Shown: piece after piece, positions 19,912 to 30,078 of the stretch
Layout: the number at the start of each line of letters is the position of its first letter
Position numbering within the stretch: position 1 is the stretch's first letter
NCBI GenBank assembly: GCA_965249275.1
Contig: CBDFLQ010000007.1
Location: forward strand, 192,001 to 256,000
Length of the DNA: 64,000 bases
DNA from: Dehalococcoidia bacterium
GTDB lineage: Bacteria; Chloroflexota; Dehalococcoidia; Plut-88900
Direction: 5' to 3'
Made by a program: the position numbers and the translations under genes
The notes under the pieces: model-generated
What the model was told of the DNA's origin: nothing
Seen by the model: only the letters and a program-made list of their open reading frames with translations
The model's database searches: none

Positions 19912-20652
19912 GGGGGGTGTCGAATTTGCGAAAGCGTTGACATAAGCCCTGTGTGCAACATAATGGCCCTTAATCTACCGCGTTTTTGCTCTTTCGGGGG
20001 TTGGTCATCTGGCGGAAGGCTAGTCTCCGGGGTCCGTTAAGAAGTTGAAATCGTGGCTAAAGATGAGGATGATTGGGTAGTTGGACATGGTTGACATCGG
20101 GAAGGTGTATGGGAATTCAGGGGGCTAGGTTGACAACAGTTATATGTGTCCTTATGTCTAGCGATTAGTGCTTTAAGTGTATATGGGAGACATAACAGAT
20201 ATAGTGCGAAGTGCTATAGGGGTGTGTTAGTGGTGGGGGGAGGGGGGGTTTAAGAAGTGGGGGAAAGGGGTTGTGTGGGTGGTGGGCTGATGCCTTAGAT
20301 CCCTCGCGGGGCCTCGGGATGACACGACTAAGGGGGCTGGGCAGTCACTGGGTGTCTAGGGGTCAGGGACAGCGGGAGCTATCAGGGAATGCCCCTGCTC
20401 TTGAGACCCTTTGACGGAGCTCAGGGCGAGCGGAACCCCCGCCCCTTCTGTTCTTGTGGTTTGGCGGACCCTGGATTCCCGATTACTCGGGAATTTCGGT
20501 TATTTGGAGGTGACGCCTCGGTGCACGGGCAAAGTACAACCTCCCCCCGCTCATACTTCGAGAGCCTCAGCACGAGCGGCCCCCCGGGATGGATTCCCGA
20601 TCGGGGTCGGGAATGACGGATATGGAGAGGGGGGAGGGGATAGGTACAGGTC

Positions 20653-21633
20653 CTAGGGGTGGGTTTTGGGGTTGAGGATGGCCTGGAGGACGGTTTGGGC
20701 AGCGGTGTGGGGGTCCAGGGTGGCAGATTCGACTTGTTGGACGAGGGCGGAGAGGTCGGGGTTGGAGGAGATGACGAGGTGAGCCTCCTGGTCGACTCTG
20801 TCTCTGATGATTTCGAAGAGTTCCTGCTTGCGGCGTTCGCTTCTTCGCCGGGCCAGGAGCCCCGACTTCTCCCCGGCTCCCTTGTGCTCGCCTATGAAGT
20901 CGACCAGCTTGTCGATTCCTACATTCTCGACGGCCCTGGTGGACAGGACACGGGGGATCCATTCCCGCGGACGGGTGTCCCAGCTGATGACGGCGGAGAT
21001 GTCTCGGACGACGGCGTCGGCGCCGGGGCGGTCGGCTTTGTTGACGACGAAGAGGTCGGCGATCTCCATGAGGCCGGCCTTCATGGCCTGCATCGCATCG
21101 CCGCCTTCGGGGACGAGGGCCACGATGACGGTATCGGCGAGGCCCATGATATCAAGCTCAGCCTGCCCGACGCCCACCGTCTCGACGATGGTTACGTCCG
21201 TGCCGTAGACGTCGAGGAGCTTAATGGCGTCTCGGGTGGACCTGGGAAGGCCGCCCTGGCTGCCTCTGGTGGCCATGCTGCGGATGTAGACGCCGGGGTC
21301 CCTGTAGTGGCGCTGCATGCGGACACGGTCGGCGAGGATGGCGCCGCCGGTGAAGGGGCTGGTGGGGTCGGCGGCAAGGATGCCGACCTTTGGGTCGGAA
21401 GAGCCGTTCCAGCCCCTGGTCCTGAGGTCGGAGGTTATTCTATCGACCAAGGTGCTTTTGCCCGCGCCGGGGGGGCCTGTGATGCCGATGGTGTAGGAGC
21501 GACCAACGTGGGCGCTGATGCTGTGGATGAGGTCTCGGGCGGCGGGGCCGGAGCGTTCGACGATGGTGATGGCTCGGGCGAGGGCGCGCTTGTCTCCGGC
21601 GAGGAGATTTTCTATGAGTTGGGGGTTGGTCAT
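20653..21633 (-). CDS. meaB: Methylmalonyl-CoA mutase-associated GTPase MeaB
   Basis: GITGPPGAGKST, DPTSPFTGGAILADRVRM, IRSMATRG, ETVGVGQ, NKAD. Confidence 0.93.
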   Translation of the reverse strand: MTNPQLIENLLAGDKRALARAITIVERSGPAARDLIHSISAHVGRSYTIGITGPPGAGKSTLVDRITSDLRTRGWNGSSDPKVGILAADPTSPFTGGAILADRVRMQRHYRDPGVYIRSMATRGSQGGLPRSTRDAIKLLDVYGTDVTIVETVGVGQAELDIMGLADTVIVALVPEGGDAMQAMKAGLMEIADLFVVNKADRPGADAVVRDISAVISWDTRPREWIPRVLSTRAVENVGIDKLVDFIGEHKGAGEKSGLLARRRSERRKQELFEIIRDRVDQEAHLVISSNPDLSALVQQVESATLDPHTAAQTVLQAILNPKTHP

Positions 21634-21687
21634 TTCGATTGCAGGCTCACTCTCCTCAGCGATTCTTCGATTCTAGCCCTTTCCCAC

Positions 21688-22010
21688 CCCCCCGCTCATA
21701 CTTCGACTAAGCTCAGCACGAGCGGCCCCACGCCACCTTGCGCGTACTTCGATCCTGTTTGTTCCATCCAGATCGCCTACCTCCCCCGCTCATACTTCGA
21801 CTAAGCTCAGCACGAGCGGCCTCACGCCACCCTGCGCGTACTTCGATCCTGTTGTTCCATCCAGATCGCCTACCTCCCCCCGCTCATACTTCGACTAAGC
21901 TCAGCACGAGCGGCCTCACGCCACCCTGCGCGTACTTCGATCCTGTTGTTCCATCCAGATCGCCTACCTCCCCCCGCTCATACTTCGACTAAGCTCAGCA
22001 CGAGCGGCCC
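21688..22010. repeat. Tandem REP array (BIME-like), 94-bp period, 4 REP copies
   Basis: GCTCATACTTCGACTAAGCTCAGCACGAGCGG starts at 21694, 21788, 21882, 21976; intervening sequences nearly identical. Confidence 0.92.
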
Positions 22011-22041
22011 CTCCAACACCGGTAATGCCACAGGTCTCTTG

Positions 22042-22959
22042 TCATGAAGAGGGGATAGGGAAACCTACCTTGGCCCAAGTTAGGGAGAAGGAGAGGAATT
22101 CTCTCTGGAGTCGGGTTGGGGGGGTTCTGTCGAGATATGTTATGTATAGTTGACGTTTGAGGGGTACGCCTTCGATTCTTAGGCCGGAGATGCGTCGGGA
22201 GGCGATGGCAGAGCGGGCGGCGAACTCTGAGACGAAGGCGACGCCCAGGCCCGCTTCCACGGCGGAGATGATGGCCTGGGTGCTCCCGAAAACCTGGGCA
22301 TGCCGCCAGATGCGAGCGTCGAAGCCTGCTTTTTCGAGCATGGCGTATACGTTCTGCATGGTCCCGGAGCCCCGTTCGCGGGTGATGAGGCGCTCCTGCC
22401 CCAAGTCGGCGATGGCGATGCTTTTCTTCTCCGCAAGCGGGTGTGAGGAGGGAACGATCAGGACCAACTCATCTTCGAGGAAAGGCTCCAGCTTCATCCC
22501 TCGATGTGAGACCCGGGCGCCGACAAATCCAAGGTCACACTCGGCGGTGCGGACCATATCGGTGATGTTGCCGGTGTCTCCAATTTCGACGGAGGCCTCG
22601 ACTGCGGGATGGAGGGCAATGAAGGCGGCAAGGAGGCCGGGGAGAATGAACTCGCCGGGGACGGTGCTTGCTCCCAAGGCGAGACGGCCACTGACCTGGC
22701 CGGTGAGGTCTTTGAGCTTCTCATCGAAGTCGGAGCGGGCGGCGAGGACTCGGGATGCGAAACGCTGAAACTCTCGCCCGGCGCCGGTCATGACGACGCG
22801 GCGTTCCCGTCGGTCGAGAAGAGGTACTCCTACATCATTCTCCAGCCGTCGGACCTGCTGGCTGACGCCGGGTTGGGTGAGGCCGAGATGCTTGGCAGCG
22901 CCCGAGAAAGAGCCACGTTTGACCACTTCCAGGTAGGTTGTCATGTGATCGATGTTCAT
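22042..22959 (-). CDS. LysR-family regulator (CysL/selenium-metabolism-associated type)
   Basis: SFSGAAKHLGLTQPGVSQQV, GASTVPGEFILP, RERGSGT. Confidence 0.9.
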   Translation of the reverse strand: MNIDHMTTYLEVVKRGSFSGAAKHLGLTQPGVSQQVRRLENDVGVPLLDRRERRVVMTGAGREFQRFASRVLAARSDFDEKLKDLTGQVSGRLALGASTVPGEFILPGLLAAFIALHPAVEASVEIGDTGNITDMVRTAECDLGFVGARVSHRGMKLEPFLEDELVLIVPSSHPLAEKKSIAIADLGQERLITRERGSGTMQNVYAMLEKAGFDARIWRHAQVFGSTQAIISAVEAGLGVAFVSEFAARSAIASRRISGLRIEGVPLKRQLYITYLDRTPPTRLQREFLSFSLTWAKVGFPIPSS

Positions 22960-23111
22960 TAGGGGTAAGGCTGTCTTTGGGTCGGCGAGTGGGCGCTTAT
23001 TACTCGGGGAGATTATATAGCAAGGGCGGGGTGGGGCCGGGGGCTGGTGTAGAATGAGACGCTAGTTGGGTCTCGGAACCTGTGCGTCAACCTGAGAGGA
23101 GAACGGAACAG

Positions 23112-24314
23112 ATGAACCACGTCGAATACATGCGATTGCTTCGGAACGGCCCGATTGAAAAGGAGCTTCCCTTCACGCAGGAGGAGTACGACGAGCGGGT
23201 GGCGAAGGTCCGGGGGGAGATGGGGAATGACGGGCTGGATGGGCTGATAGTGGTCTCGCCGGCGAACTTGCACTATCTATCGGGGTACTACACGTTTTCG
23301 ATCTCCAACCTGACGGCTCTTGTGATTCCGGCAGATGGGGAACCGGGCGTGGTGACGGCGTCGTGCGAGATACCCGCGGCGATCCTATCGGGATGGGTTG
23401 AGGATGTGGTCAGCTTTGCCTGGAACGAAGGCGATTTGATCGCATCCAAGGTGGCAGGGATGCTTGAAGCTCGGGGCCTGGGAGGCAAGAGGCTGGGAAT
23501 AGAGATGGCGCGTGGGGGCCCGATCCCCGGCCTGGTAGAGGAATTGGCTCGAGCGGTGCCTAATGCCTCTTTTGTCGACGCATCCGGAGTCGTGGAGAGG
23601 GTGCGGAAGATCAAGTCGGCCAAGGAGATTGCATACATGCGGGAGGCGGGTCGGATGACGGTTGAGGGGATCAATGCGTCGCTCCAGGCGATAGCGCCGG
23701 GGGTCACCGACAACGACCTGGCGGAGGTCGGGTATGCGAAGCTTATCGGTGGTGGTAGTGAGTTTATGTCAACACCGCCAATCGTGACGACCGGGTATCG
23801 GACCAGCTGGCACCACACGACATTCCGAAGGCTGGCCCTTAACGAAGGAGAGGTGGCATTCTTCGAGTACAGCGGGTGCTACCACAGGTACAACGCCCCG
23901 ATGATGAGGAGCGGTGTGCTGGGAGAGCCGTCGGACGAGGTGAGGAAAATCGGGGAGGCGGTGAAAACGACGCTCGACCTGGTAATAGAGGGGGCAAAGG
24001 CCGGACGAACGTCGCACGACGTGGCTCGGGATGCACACAAGGGGTACGCGGGGCTGGAAGATGAGATGTGGTTTATGGGGATCTGCGGGTACAGTGTAGG
24101 GGCGGGGTTTCCTCCGACCTGGGCAGACGGGGCGACGTTCATAGCGGAGGGGAATGACGAGGTCCTGCAGCCGGGGATGACGTTCCACCTGCCGATCATG
24201 TTCCGGGTGCCGCGCAAGTTCGGGGTGGGGTTGAGTGAGACGATTGCAATTACGGAGGACGGGTGTGAGGTGTTGACGGAGGAGGCGCGGGAGTTGTACG
24301 TGGCGGGGGGTTAG
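23112..24314 (+). CDS. M24 family hydrolase (creatinase/ectoine hydrolase-like)
   Basis: RKIKSAKEI.YMR, YHRYNAPMMRS, GYSVG.GFPP.W, PGMTFH, GLSETI; lacks the typical metal-binding His motif. Confidence 0.85.
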   Translation: MNHVEYMRLLRNGPIEKELPFTQEEYDERVAKVRGEMGNDGLDGLIVVSPANLHYLSGYYTFSISNLTALVIPADGEPGVVTASCEIPAAILSGWVEDVVSFAWNEGDLIASKVAGMLEARGLGGKRLGIEMARGGPIPGLVEELARAVPNASFVDASGVVERVRKIKSAKEIAYMREAGRMTVEGINASLQAIAPGVTDNDLAEVGYAKLIGGGSEFMSTPPIVTTGYRTSWHHTTFRRLALNEGEVAFFEYSGCYHRYNAPMMRSGVLGEPSDEVRKIGEAVKTTLDLVIEGAKAGRTSHDVARDAHKGYAGLEDEMWFMGICGYSVGAGFPPTWADGATFIAEGNDEVLQPGMTFHLPIMFRVPRKFGVGLSETIAITEDGCEVLTEEARELYVAGG

Positions 24315-24526
24315 GGGCACACTCAGCCGCCCAGTGGTGGATTCTCGACCCTAGTCCTTTTTGCGTCCCGCCCCCGCTCATACTTCGACGGGGCTCCCGC
24401 CTCGGCGGATCTACGACTGCACGAGCGGCCCCTAGGGCAACCATTGGCGTTGTTCTACGGGAATGGGGAGGGCGACCGCCGGTCGCCCCTACGGGGATGG
24501 AGGGGAGGGGGATTGAGGAGGGGAGT

Positions 24527-25294
24527 TTATTGGGCGGTCCAGCCGCCGTCTACGGGCATGGCGTGGCCGGTGACGAAGGATGCGGCGTCTGAGCAGAGCC
24601 AGACTACGGTCTCGCCGATCTCTTCGGGGCGGCCCATTCTGCCGGAAGGGGAGAGGCCCGAAACCCAGGACTCAAGGCCGGGGTCGTCTTTCATGAGCTG
24701 TTTCACGGAGGTGGTGGGGACGTGGGCGGGGCAAACGGCGTTGACTCGTACACCTTGGTCGGCGTATTCGAGGGCGGCAGCCTTGGTAAGTCCGACGACC
24801 CCGTGCTTTCCAGCAACGTAAGCGGCTGTGCCGACTGCCCCGGCGATGCCGTAAATCGAAGAGGTGTTTACTATGGCCCCCGCGCCCTGTTCGAGCATTA
24901 TGGGAATCTCGCGCCTCATGCAGTACCAGATGCTGTTCAGGTTTATTTCGATTACGTGAAGCCAATCCTGTACGGCAACCTGGTGGGTCATGGGTCGGCC
25001 CAGACCGCCACCGCCGCCTGCGTTGTTGTGAGCGCAGTCGAGACGGCCGTAGAGGTCGATAGTATTGGCGATAAGGGCGTCAACCTGTTCTACGCTAGTG
25101 ACGTCGCAGGGGACGAAGGTTGCTTCGCCACCGGCTTCTCGAATCAGGCTGACGGTTTCCGTGCCGCCGGTCTCGTCCATGTCGGAGACGACGACTTGGG
25201 CGCCTTCACGGGCGAAGATTATGGCGGAGGCTCGGCCGAGGCCGGAGCCTGCGCCGGTGACGAGGGCTACTTTGCCGGTCATTGTTTGTGTCAT
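24527..25294 (-). CDS. SDR oxidoreductase
   Basis: TGAGSGLG, NNAG, YVAGK, PVDGG. Confidence 0.92.
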   Translation of the reverse strand: MTQTMTGKVALVTGAGSGLGRASAIIFAREGAQVVVSDMDETGGTETVSLIREAGGEATFVPCDVTSVEQVDALIANTIDLYGRLDCAHNNAGGGGGLGRPMTHQVAVQDWLHVIEINLNSIWYCMRREIPIMLEQGAGAIVNTSSIYGIAGAVGTAAYVAGKHGVVGLTKAAALEYADQGVRVNAVCPAHVPTTSVKQLMKDDPGLESWVSGLSPSGRMGRPEEIGETVVWLCSDAASFVTGHAMPVDGGWTAQ

Positions 25295-25355
25295 GTCGTG
25301 CCTCCCGGGAATTGTACCAACGGCTCGGAACACCCTCTCCTTGACCCTCTCCCAT

Positions 25356-25372
25356 TGTACAGACCGGGGACA
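25356..25372 (+). mobile_element. Isolated IS481-type terminal repeat stub
   Basis: TGTACAGACCGGGGACA matches the IS481 ends at 27155 and 56007 and follows the same CCCTCTCCCAT target. Confidence 0.6.
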
Positions 25373-25705
25373 AGACTCTGCATGGAACCGCTCGACCTTC
25401 GATTCTCCAGAGGCGGACTTTAAGCTAGCTTAGGGTGAGGGGGGGAGGGCGATTCACGAATCGCCCATACGTGGGAGGGGATGGGAGTGTCGAGGGAGAG
25501 AAATGTGAGTGGATAAGTCCTAGATTCCTCGCGGAGCCTCGGAATGACAGGGTAAAGGGCGAGGGTTTGGGATGACAGGGGTGGTTGGGGGAGGGGGAAG
25601 GCGACCAGCCGGTCGCCCCTACGGGGGGAGGGAGCTGAGGGAGGATGACCACGAGAGTTGCCACTACGGGGGAGCGGGGAGGGATGTTTTCAGGGTATGC
25701 CTTCG

Positions 25706-27037
25706 CTATGCCGATGGGCCTGTCGAGTAGGAGCGGTTTTTGAGGGAGTCGGTGAGTTGATTTCGGAAGTTGGGATGAGCGATGTTTGTGAGGGCTCTGG
25801 CGCGCTGTGATGTGGTCTTGCCCAGGAGGGAGGCGACGCCGTATTCGGTGACCACGTAGTCGGCGAGGGTGCGGGGGATGGTGACGCTGGCCCCGGCGTC
25901 GAGGAAGGGTACAATTCTTGACTGGCCGTGCTGAGTCGTGGAGCGAAGAACGGTTATGGAGCGGCCACCTCTCGAGGCCAGGGCCCCGATGACGAACTCC
26001 TGCTGACCGCCGGGCCCGTTGATGGGATGAGACCCCTCGGCGGACTCAACGTTTATCTGACCGGACAGGTCCACGGATGCGGCCCCGTTGATGGCTACCA
26101 TGTTGTCGTGGGCTGAGATGACCCGGAGGTCGTTCGTGTAGTCGACATCCCGGACCTCGACTTTGGGGTTGTTTGCGGCGAGGTCCGTTTCCCGGCCTGC
26201 GCCTGCCAGGGCAGACGTGACGGCCTTGCCTCGATCCTGAGTCTTACGACTGCCGTTGATCACGCCCTCCTCGACGAGGGGGAGCATTCCGGGGGCCATG
26301 ACTTCGCTGTGTATGCCAAGGTCCTTTTTCCCGTCGAAGATACCGGCTCGGGGCAGGGACATGCCGACACGGCCCCAGCCAATCTGAATGGTATCGCCAT
26401 CGTGGATCAGTGCGCTCACGTGGCGGCCCATCTCCCGCACGGCGTCATCAGGATCCGGGATTGAGTGGTAGAGCACGGGGCCGGTGTCCGGGTTTTCGAC
26501 GAAGCAGTCGATGTCCGTCACGTGGATGCTGTTCGTGCCGTAAGTCCTCATTGTGCGCGGGTCGACCTCTACGATGACCATGCGAGCACTGGCGGCGAAG
26601 GAGCGTTTGTTCCACAGGCTGTGGCCAAAGCTGCAGAAGCCGTTCTGGTCAGGCGGGGAGACGACCGCGAAGAACACGTCGGGGCGCTGTTCTTCCAGGC
26701 CACGCTCCTCGATACCCTTGAACATTAGGGTGAAAAGGGAGGGCAGGTACTCGGCGCGGCCGTCGTCGAGGAAGGGGCGGTAGGTGTAACGGTAGGAGTT
26801 CTGGACCTGGACGTTGAAGGAGGAGTCGACGCCGGGGTCGAACCAGCCGAGCTCGTTGGCGGGGCCCGCGCACTGGATGATGACGTTTTCTATATCGCCG
26901 GCTCGGGCCTGTAGGCCTGAGGCCAAGAGCCTAGGTTCTTCGCCGAGGGTGATGGCGACTCGGTCTCCCGAACGTACGTGGGAGACGGCTTCTTCCAAGG
27001 GGACTGTTCTGGAGCGGTAATGTTCGGGCCAGCCCAT
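25706..27037 (-). CDS. Acetyl-CoA hydrolase/CoA-transferase family
   Basis: VSPPD..GFCSFG, GDTIQIG, DLGIHSE, DLSGQ, GGQQEF, VVTEYG. Confidence 0.9.
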   Translation of the reverse strand: MGWPEHYRSRTVPLEEAVSHVRSGDRVAITLGEEPRLLASGLQARAGDIENVIIQCAGPANELGWFDPGVDSSFNVQVQNSYRYTYRPFLDDGRAEYLPSLFTLMFKGIEERGLEEQRPDVFFAVVSPPDQNGFCSFGHSLWNKRSFAASARMVIVEVDPRTMRTYGTNSIHVTDIDCFVENPDTGPVLYHSIPDPDDAVREMGRHVSALIHDGDTIQIGWGRVGMSLPRAGIFDGKKDLGIHSEVMAPGMLPLVEEGVINGSRKTQDRGKAVTSALAGAGRETDLAANNPKVEVRDVDYTNDLRVISAHDNMVAINGAASVDLSGQINVESAEGSHPINGPGGQQEFVIGALASRGGRSITVLRSTTQHGQSRIVPFLDAGASVTIPRTLADYVVTEYGVASLLGKTTSQRARALTNIAHPNFRNQLTDSLKNRSYSTGPSA

Positions 27038-27154
27038 GTTATGTGATTCCTAGCGGGCTTTCGGACTGGTTGGTGCGTTGTTTCATTGGGGGTTTGTGTA
27101 ATTGCTCTTTTGGGACGGGATCACCCTCACCCCCTCGAGGGACTCGGGGCAGGC

Positions 27155-28455
27155 TGTACGACCGGGGACATGGGTAACAGTTAGACCGAGGACATAGGTA
27201 ACACTTTGACTGGGGTTTTGTCGACCCTTCTGGTGGGGTCATCAAGGAGTCCGATGATGAGTGGCCCGAACTGTATGGACCAGGTTCGTTCGTCTATCTG
27301 GACCAGGCCGATGGGTTCGCCCTTGAGGGACTCGCTCACGTAGAGCATATCTCCCTTCCACTTGATCTGTCCGTTGCTGCGGACACTACGTACGGTGACA
27401 CCGGCGTTGTACTCGGGCGAGCTGATACGTGTGGGATAGGGTCTGATCGAGGGCGTGTACAGCCGGCTTGGTGGTTGCTGCCCCAGGGCCTCATGTGGCC
27501 TCTCGAAGTTGTAGGTGTGTCTGAAGCGTTCGAGGGCTCTGCGTTGTCGTCTCCAGTTGGCCTTTGGAGGTGTTGCGGTCTCGGCCTTGAGGGTCCGGTG
27601 AAGGCGCTCGATGCGTCCATTCTGTTCGGGGTGACCGGGCTCTATGCGTTCGGGTACGATCCCGAGCTTGACCCACCATGCTGAGAGTGGTGAGAGGCTG
27701 CCCAGACCCACACTGGCGAAGGGCGGACCATTGTCGGTGCGTATGGCCCGAGGGATGCCGTACTCTCGGAAGGTTCTCTCCAGAGAGCGCTTGACTTCCG
27801 GGCCGGCAGGGCGGTCGAGAGGGTCGCATACCAGTAAGTAGCGGGACATGGCGTCCTGGGCTGTAAGGGGGTCTATCCGCATTCCGTCATCCGTGCGGAA
27901 CCAGCCCTTCAGGTCGATGGCCCACACGTCATTGGGGTGCCGGGCGTGGGCGAAGGGCTCGCCCCAGCGTGTAGCCCTGCGCCGCCGCTTGCGCCGCCTC
28001 ACCAGACCCACACGGTCCAGTATGGCGCCCGCAGTACTGGAGGAAGGCCAGGGCACGTAGGGCTCGATGGAATGCAACCAGGCGACGATCTTCTTCGGGC
28101 CCCATGTGGGATGGGTGCGCTTCGCCTCGATGATACGCTTAGCCACCTCTATGGAAGTGGCGTTGGGATGGCTGTGAGGAGCCCGGCTTAGGTCAAGTAG
28201 ACCGTCCTCACCATACGCCTCGTATCGGCCGATTATCTTGTAGCCCGTCTTGCGGCTGATCCCGGACCGGCGGCACAGCTCAGCAATAGTCTCCTCTCCC
28301 GCAGTGTGACGCTCGATGAACTGCAACCGCTCCGATTCTATGCTCGTGTCTTTCCAAGGCAACACATCTTCCTCCTCTGGGATTGCCTAATACAATCCCA
28401 CGATGTGTTACCCATGTCCCCGGTTTATGTGTTACCTTTCTGCCCGGTCTGTACC
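27155..28455 (-). mobile_element. IS481-family insertion sequence
   Basis: Ends TGTACGACCGGGGACATGGGTAACA and ...GTTACCTTTCTGCCCGGTCTGTAC, with repeated GGTAACA subterminal boxes. Confidence 0.88.
27181..28365 (-). CDS. IS481-family DDE transposase
   Basis: PWK.., GISRKTGYK, WGPKK, WAIDLKG, RTDNGPPF, NGRIERLHRTLK, YNFERPHEAL. Confidence 0.93.
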   Translation of the reverse strand: MLPWKDTSIESERLQFIERHTAGEETIAELCRRSGISRKTGYKIIGRYEAYGEDGLLDLSRAPHSHPNATSIEVAKRIIEAKRTHPTWGPKKIVAWLHSIEPYVPWPSSSTAGAILDRVGLVRRRKRRRRATRWGEPFAHARHPNDVWAIDLKGWFRTDDGMRIDPLTAQDAMSRYLLVCDPLDRPAGPEVKRSLERTFREYGIPRAIRTDNGPPFASVGLGSLSPLSAWWVKLGIVPERIEPGHPEQNGRIERLHRTLKAETATPPKANWRRQRRALERFRHTYNFERPHEALGQQPPSRLYTPSIRPYPTRISSPEYNAGVTVRSVRSNGQIKWKGDMLYVSESLKGEPIGLVQIDERTWSIQFGPLIIGLLDDPTRRVDKTPVKVLPMSSV

Positions 28456-28655
28456 CACCCTAGCCCTCTCCCATCGAGGGAGAGGGGATAGGACCTCCCA
28501 ACTGCCCCAGGGCAACCACGAGGGTTGTGTAACGGTATCATAGAGGGAGTTGGAGGTGTGAGTGGGCAAGTCCTAGATTCCTCGCGGAGCCTCGGAATGA
28601 CAGGGTAAGGGTGGGGCCTTGGGATGGGAGGGGGGCGAGAGGGAGGGAGGGGGGG

Positions 28656-29801
28656 CTAGGCGACAGCGGTGGTTGAGAGCTTGTCGACTATTAGCTTTCT
28701 GAGGTCGGGGAGGCCGGTTCCACGGAGGGCGGAGATGGCTACCATGTCCTCGGGCATGCCCCACCAGTCAGGGTCAGGGGCGCCGTTGGAGGGACTGCTT
28801 CCGTTGGTAGGGAAAAGGTCCATCTTGTTGAGGACGACTATGGCGGGCTTGTGAGACAGGTTGAGCTCTCCGAGGATTTTCTGAACTTCTTCGACGTGCT
28901 CAGGAGCGTTTGGGTGGACTACGTCGACGACGTGGAGGAGAAGGTCGGCGTCTGCAAGCTCTTCCAGGGTTGCGCGGAAGGCGGCTACCAGGATGGCGGG
29001 GAGCTTTTGGATGAAGCCGACGGTGTCGGTCAAGAGGACCTGACCTAGGGGATCGATGTGCCAGCGGCGGGTGACGGGATCGAGGGTGGCGAATAGCTTG
29101 TCGGCGGCGAGAACTCCGGCGCCGGTCAAGGTGTTTAACAGGGTGCTCTTGCCGGAGTTGGTGTAGCCTACGAGGGCTACGATTGGCAGGCCTCGCCTGC
29201 GCCTATCCTCCCGATAGAGGTTGCGGTGAGTCCTGACGTCCTCGATTTCCTGCTTGAGGCGATGGATCTTGTTTCTAACGAGGCGGCGGTCGGTCTCCAG
29301 CTGGGACTCGCCGGGGCCTCGGGTGCCGATTCCTCCGCCGAGCCGTTCGAGGTGCTTCCACTGGCCCGCGAGCCGCGGGAGGAGGTATTCGTGCTGAGCA
29401 AGCTCGACCTGGAGGCGGCCTTCTCGGGTGCGGGCTCGGGAGGCGAAAACGTCGAGGATGAGGGCTGTGCGGTCGATGACCTTTGTTTTGAGCCTATCTT
29501 CGAGGACTCTCTGTTGGGATGGGGTAAGCTCGTCGTCTACGATGACGGTCTGGTAGTGAAGCTCGCCTTTCAGGTTCTTAACTTCTTCCAGTCTGCCCTT
29601 GCCGAGATAGGTGTGGCTGGGTCTCGGGAGTCGCTGGGAGACGATGCCCACTACCTCTGCGCCGGCGCTTTTGGTGAGGAGGGCGAGCTCGTCGAGGGAG
29701 TCCTGGAGGCGCCAAAGGCTTTCGACGCCTCTGACGGAGGCCCCGATAAGGAGGGCCTTCTCGGGGGACGGGTAGGTCGAGATGGAGTTGCTACGGCCTA
29801 T
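28656..29801 (-). CDS. hflX: GTPase HflX (probable ATA start)
   Basis: GGIGTRGPGESQLETDRR, GYTNSGKST, LFATLDP, DTVGF; the conserved N-terminus extends 50 codons upstream of the GTG at 29651. Confidence 0.92.
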   Translation of the reverse strand: MGRSNSISTYPSPEKALLIGASVRGVESLWRLQDSLDELALLTKSAGAEVVGIVSQRLPRPSHTYLGKGRLEEVKNLKGELHYQTVIVDDELTPSQQRVLEDRLKTKVIDRTALILDVFASRARTREGRLQVELAQHEYLLPRLAGQWKHLERLGGGIGTRGPGESQLETDRRLVRNKIHRLKQEIEDVRTHRNLYREDRRRRGLPIVALVGYTNSGKSTLLNTLTGAGVLAADKLFATLDPVTRRWHIDPLGQVLLTDTVGFIQKLPAILVAAFRATLEELADADLLLHVVDVVHPNAPEHVEEVQKILGELNLSHKPAIVVLNKMDLFPTNGSSPSNGAPDPDWWGMPEDMVAISALRGTGLPDLRKLIVDKLSTTAVA

Positions 29802-30078
29802 GGGGACCTCCGGTTTTGGTTGCGCTTATGTTAACCAACCTTTGTCGTAGGACTTTGGCGTGAATGCTGTTTAGGATTAGATTCACCCTCACCCTAGCCC
29901 TCTCCCGTCAAGGGAGAGGGGATTGGACCACCGCCCCGCTCATACTTCGACGGGGCTCCCGCCTCGGCGGATCTATGACAGCACGAGCGGCCCCGGCCCC
30001 TTTGACATTCGGCATAGAAAGGTCTCATCAAGGGAGAGAGACATATACGCTGAGGGTTGGGATAAGAAAGTATAGAGG

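Noticed and set aside
21688-22010. CRISPR-like array (~36-bp palindromic repeat x4)
   Set aside because: Spacers are nearly identical to each other, the repeat occurs singly elsewhere as a REP, and no cas genes are present
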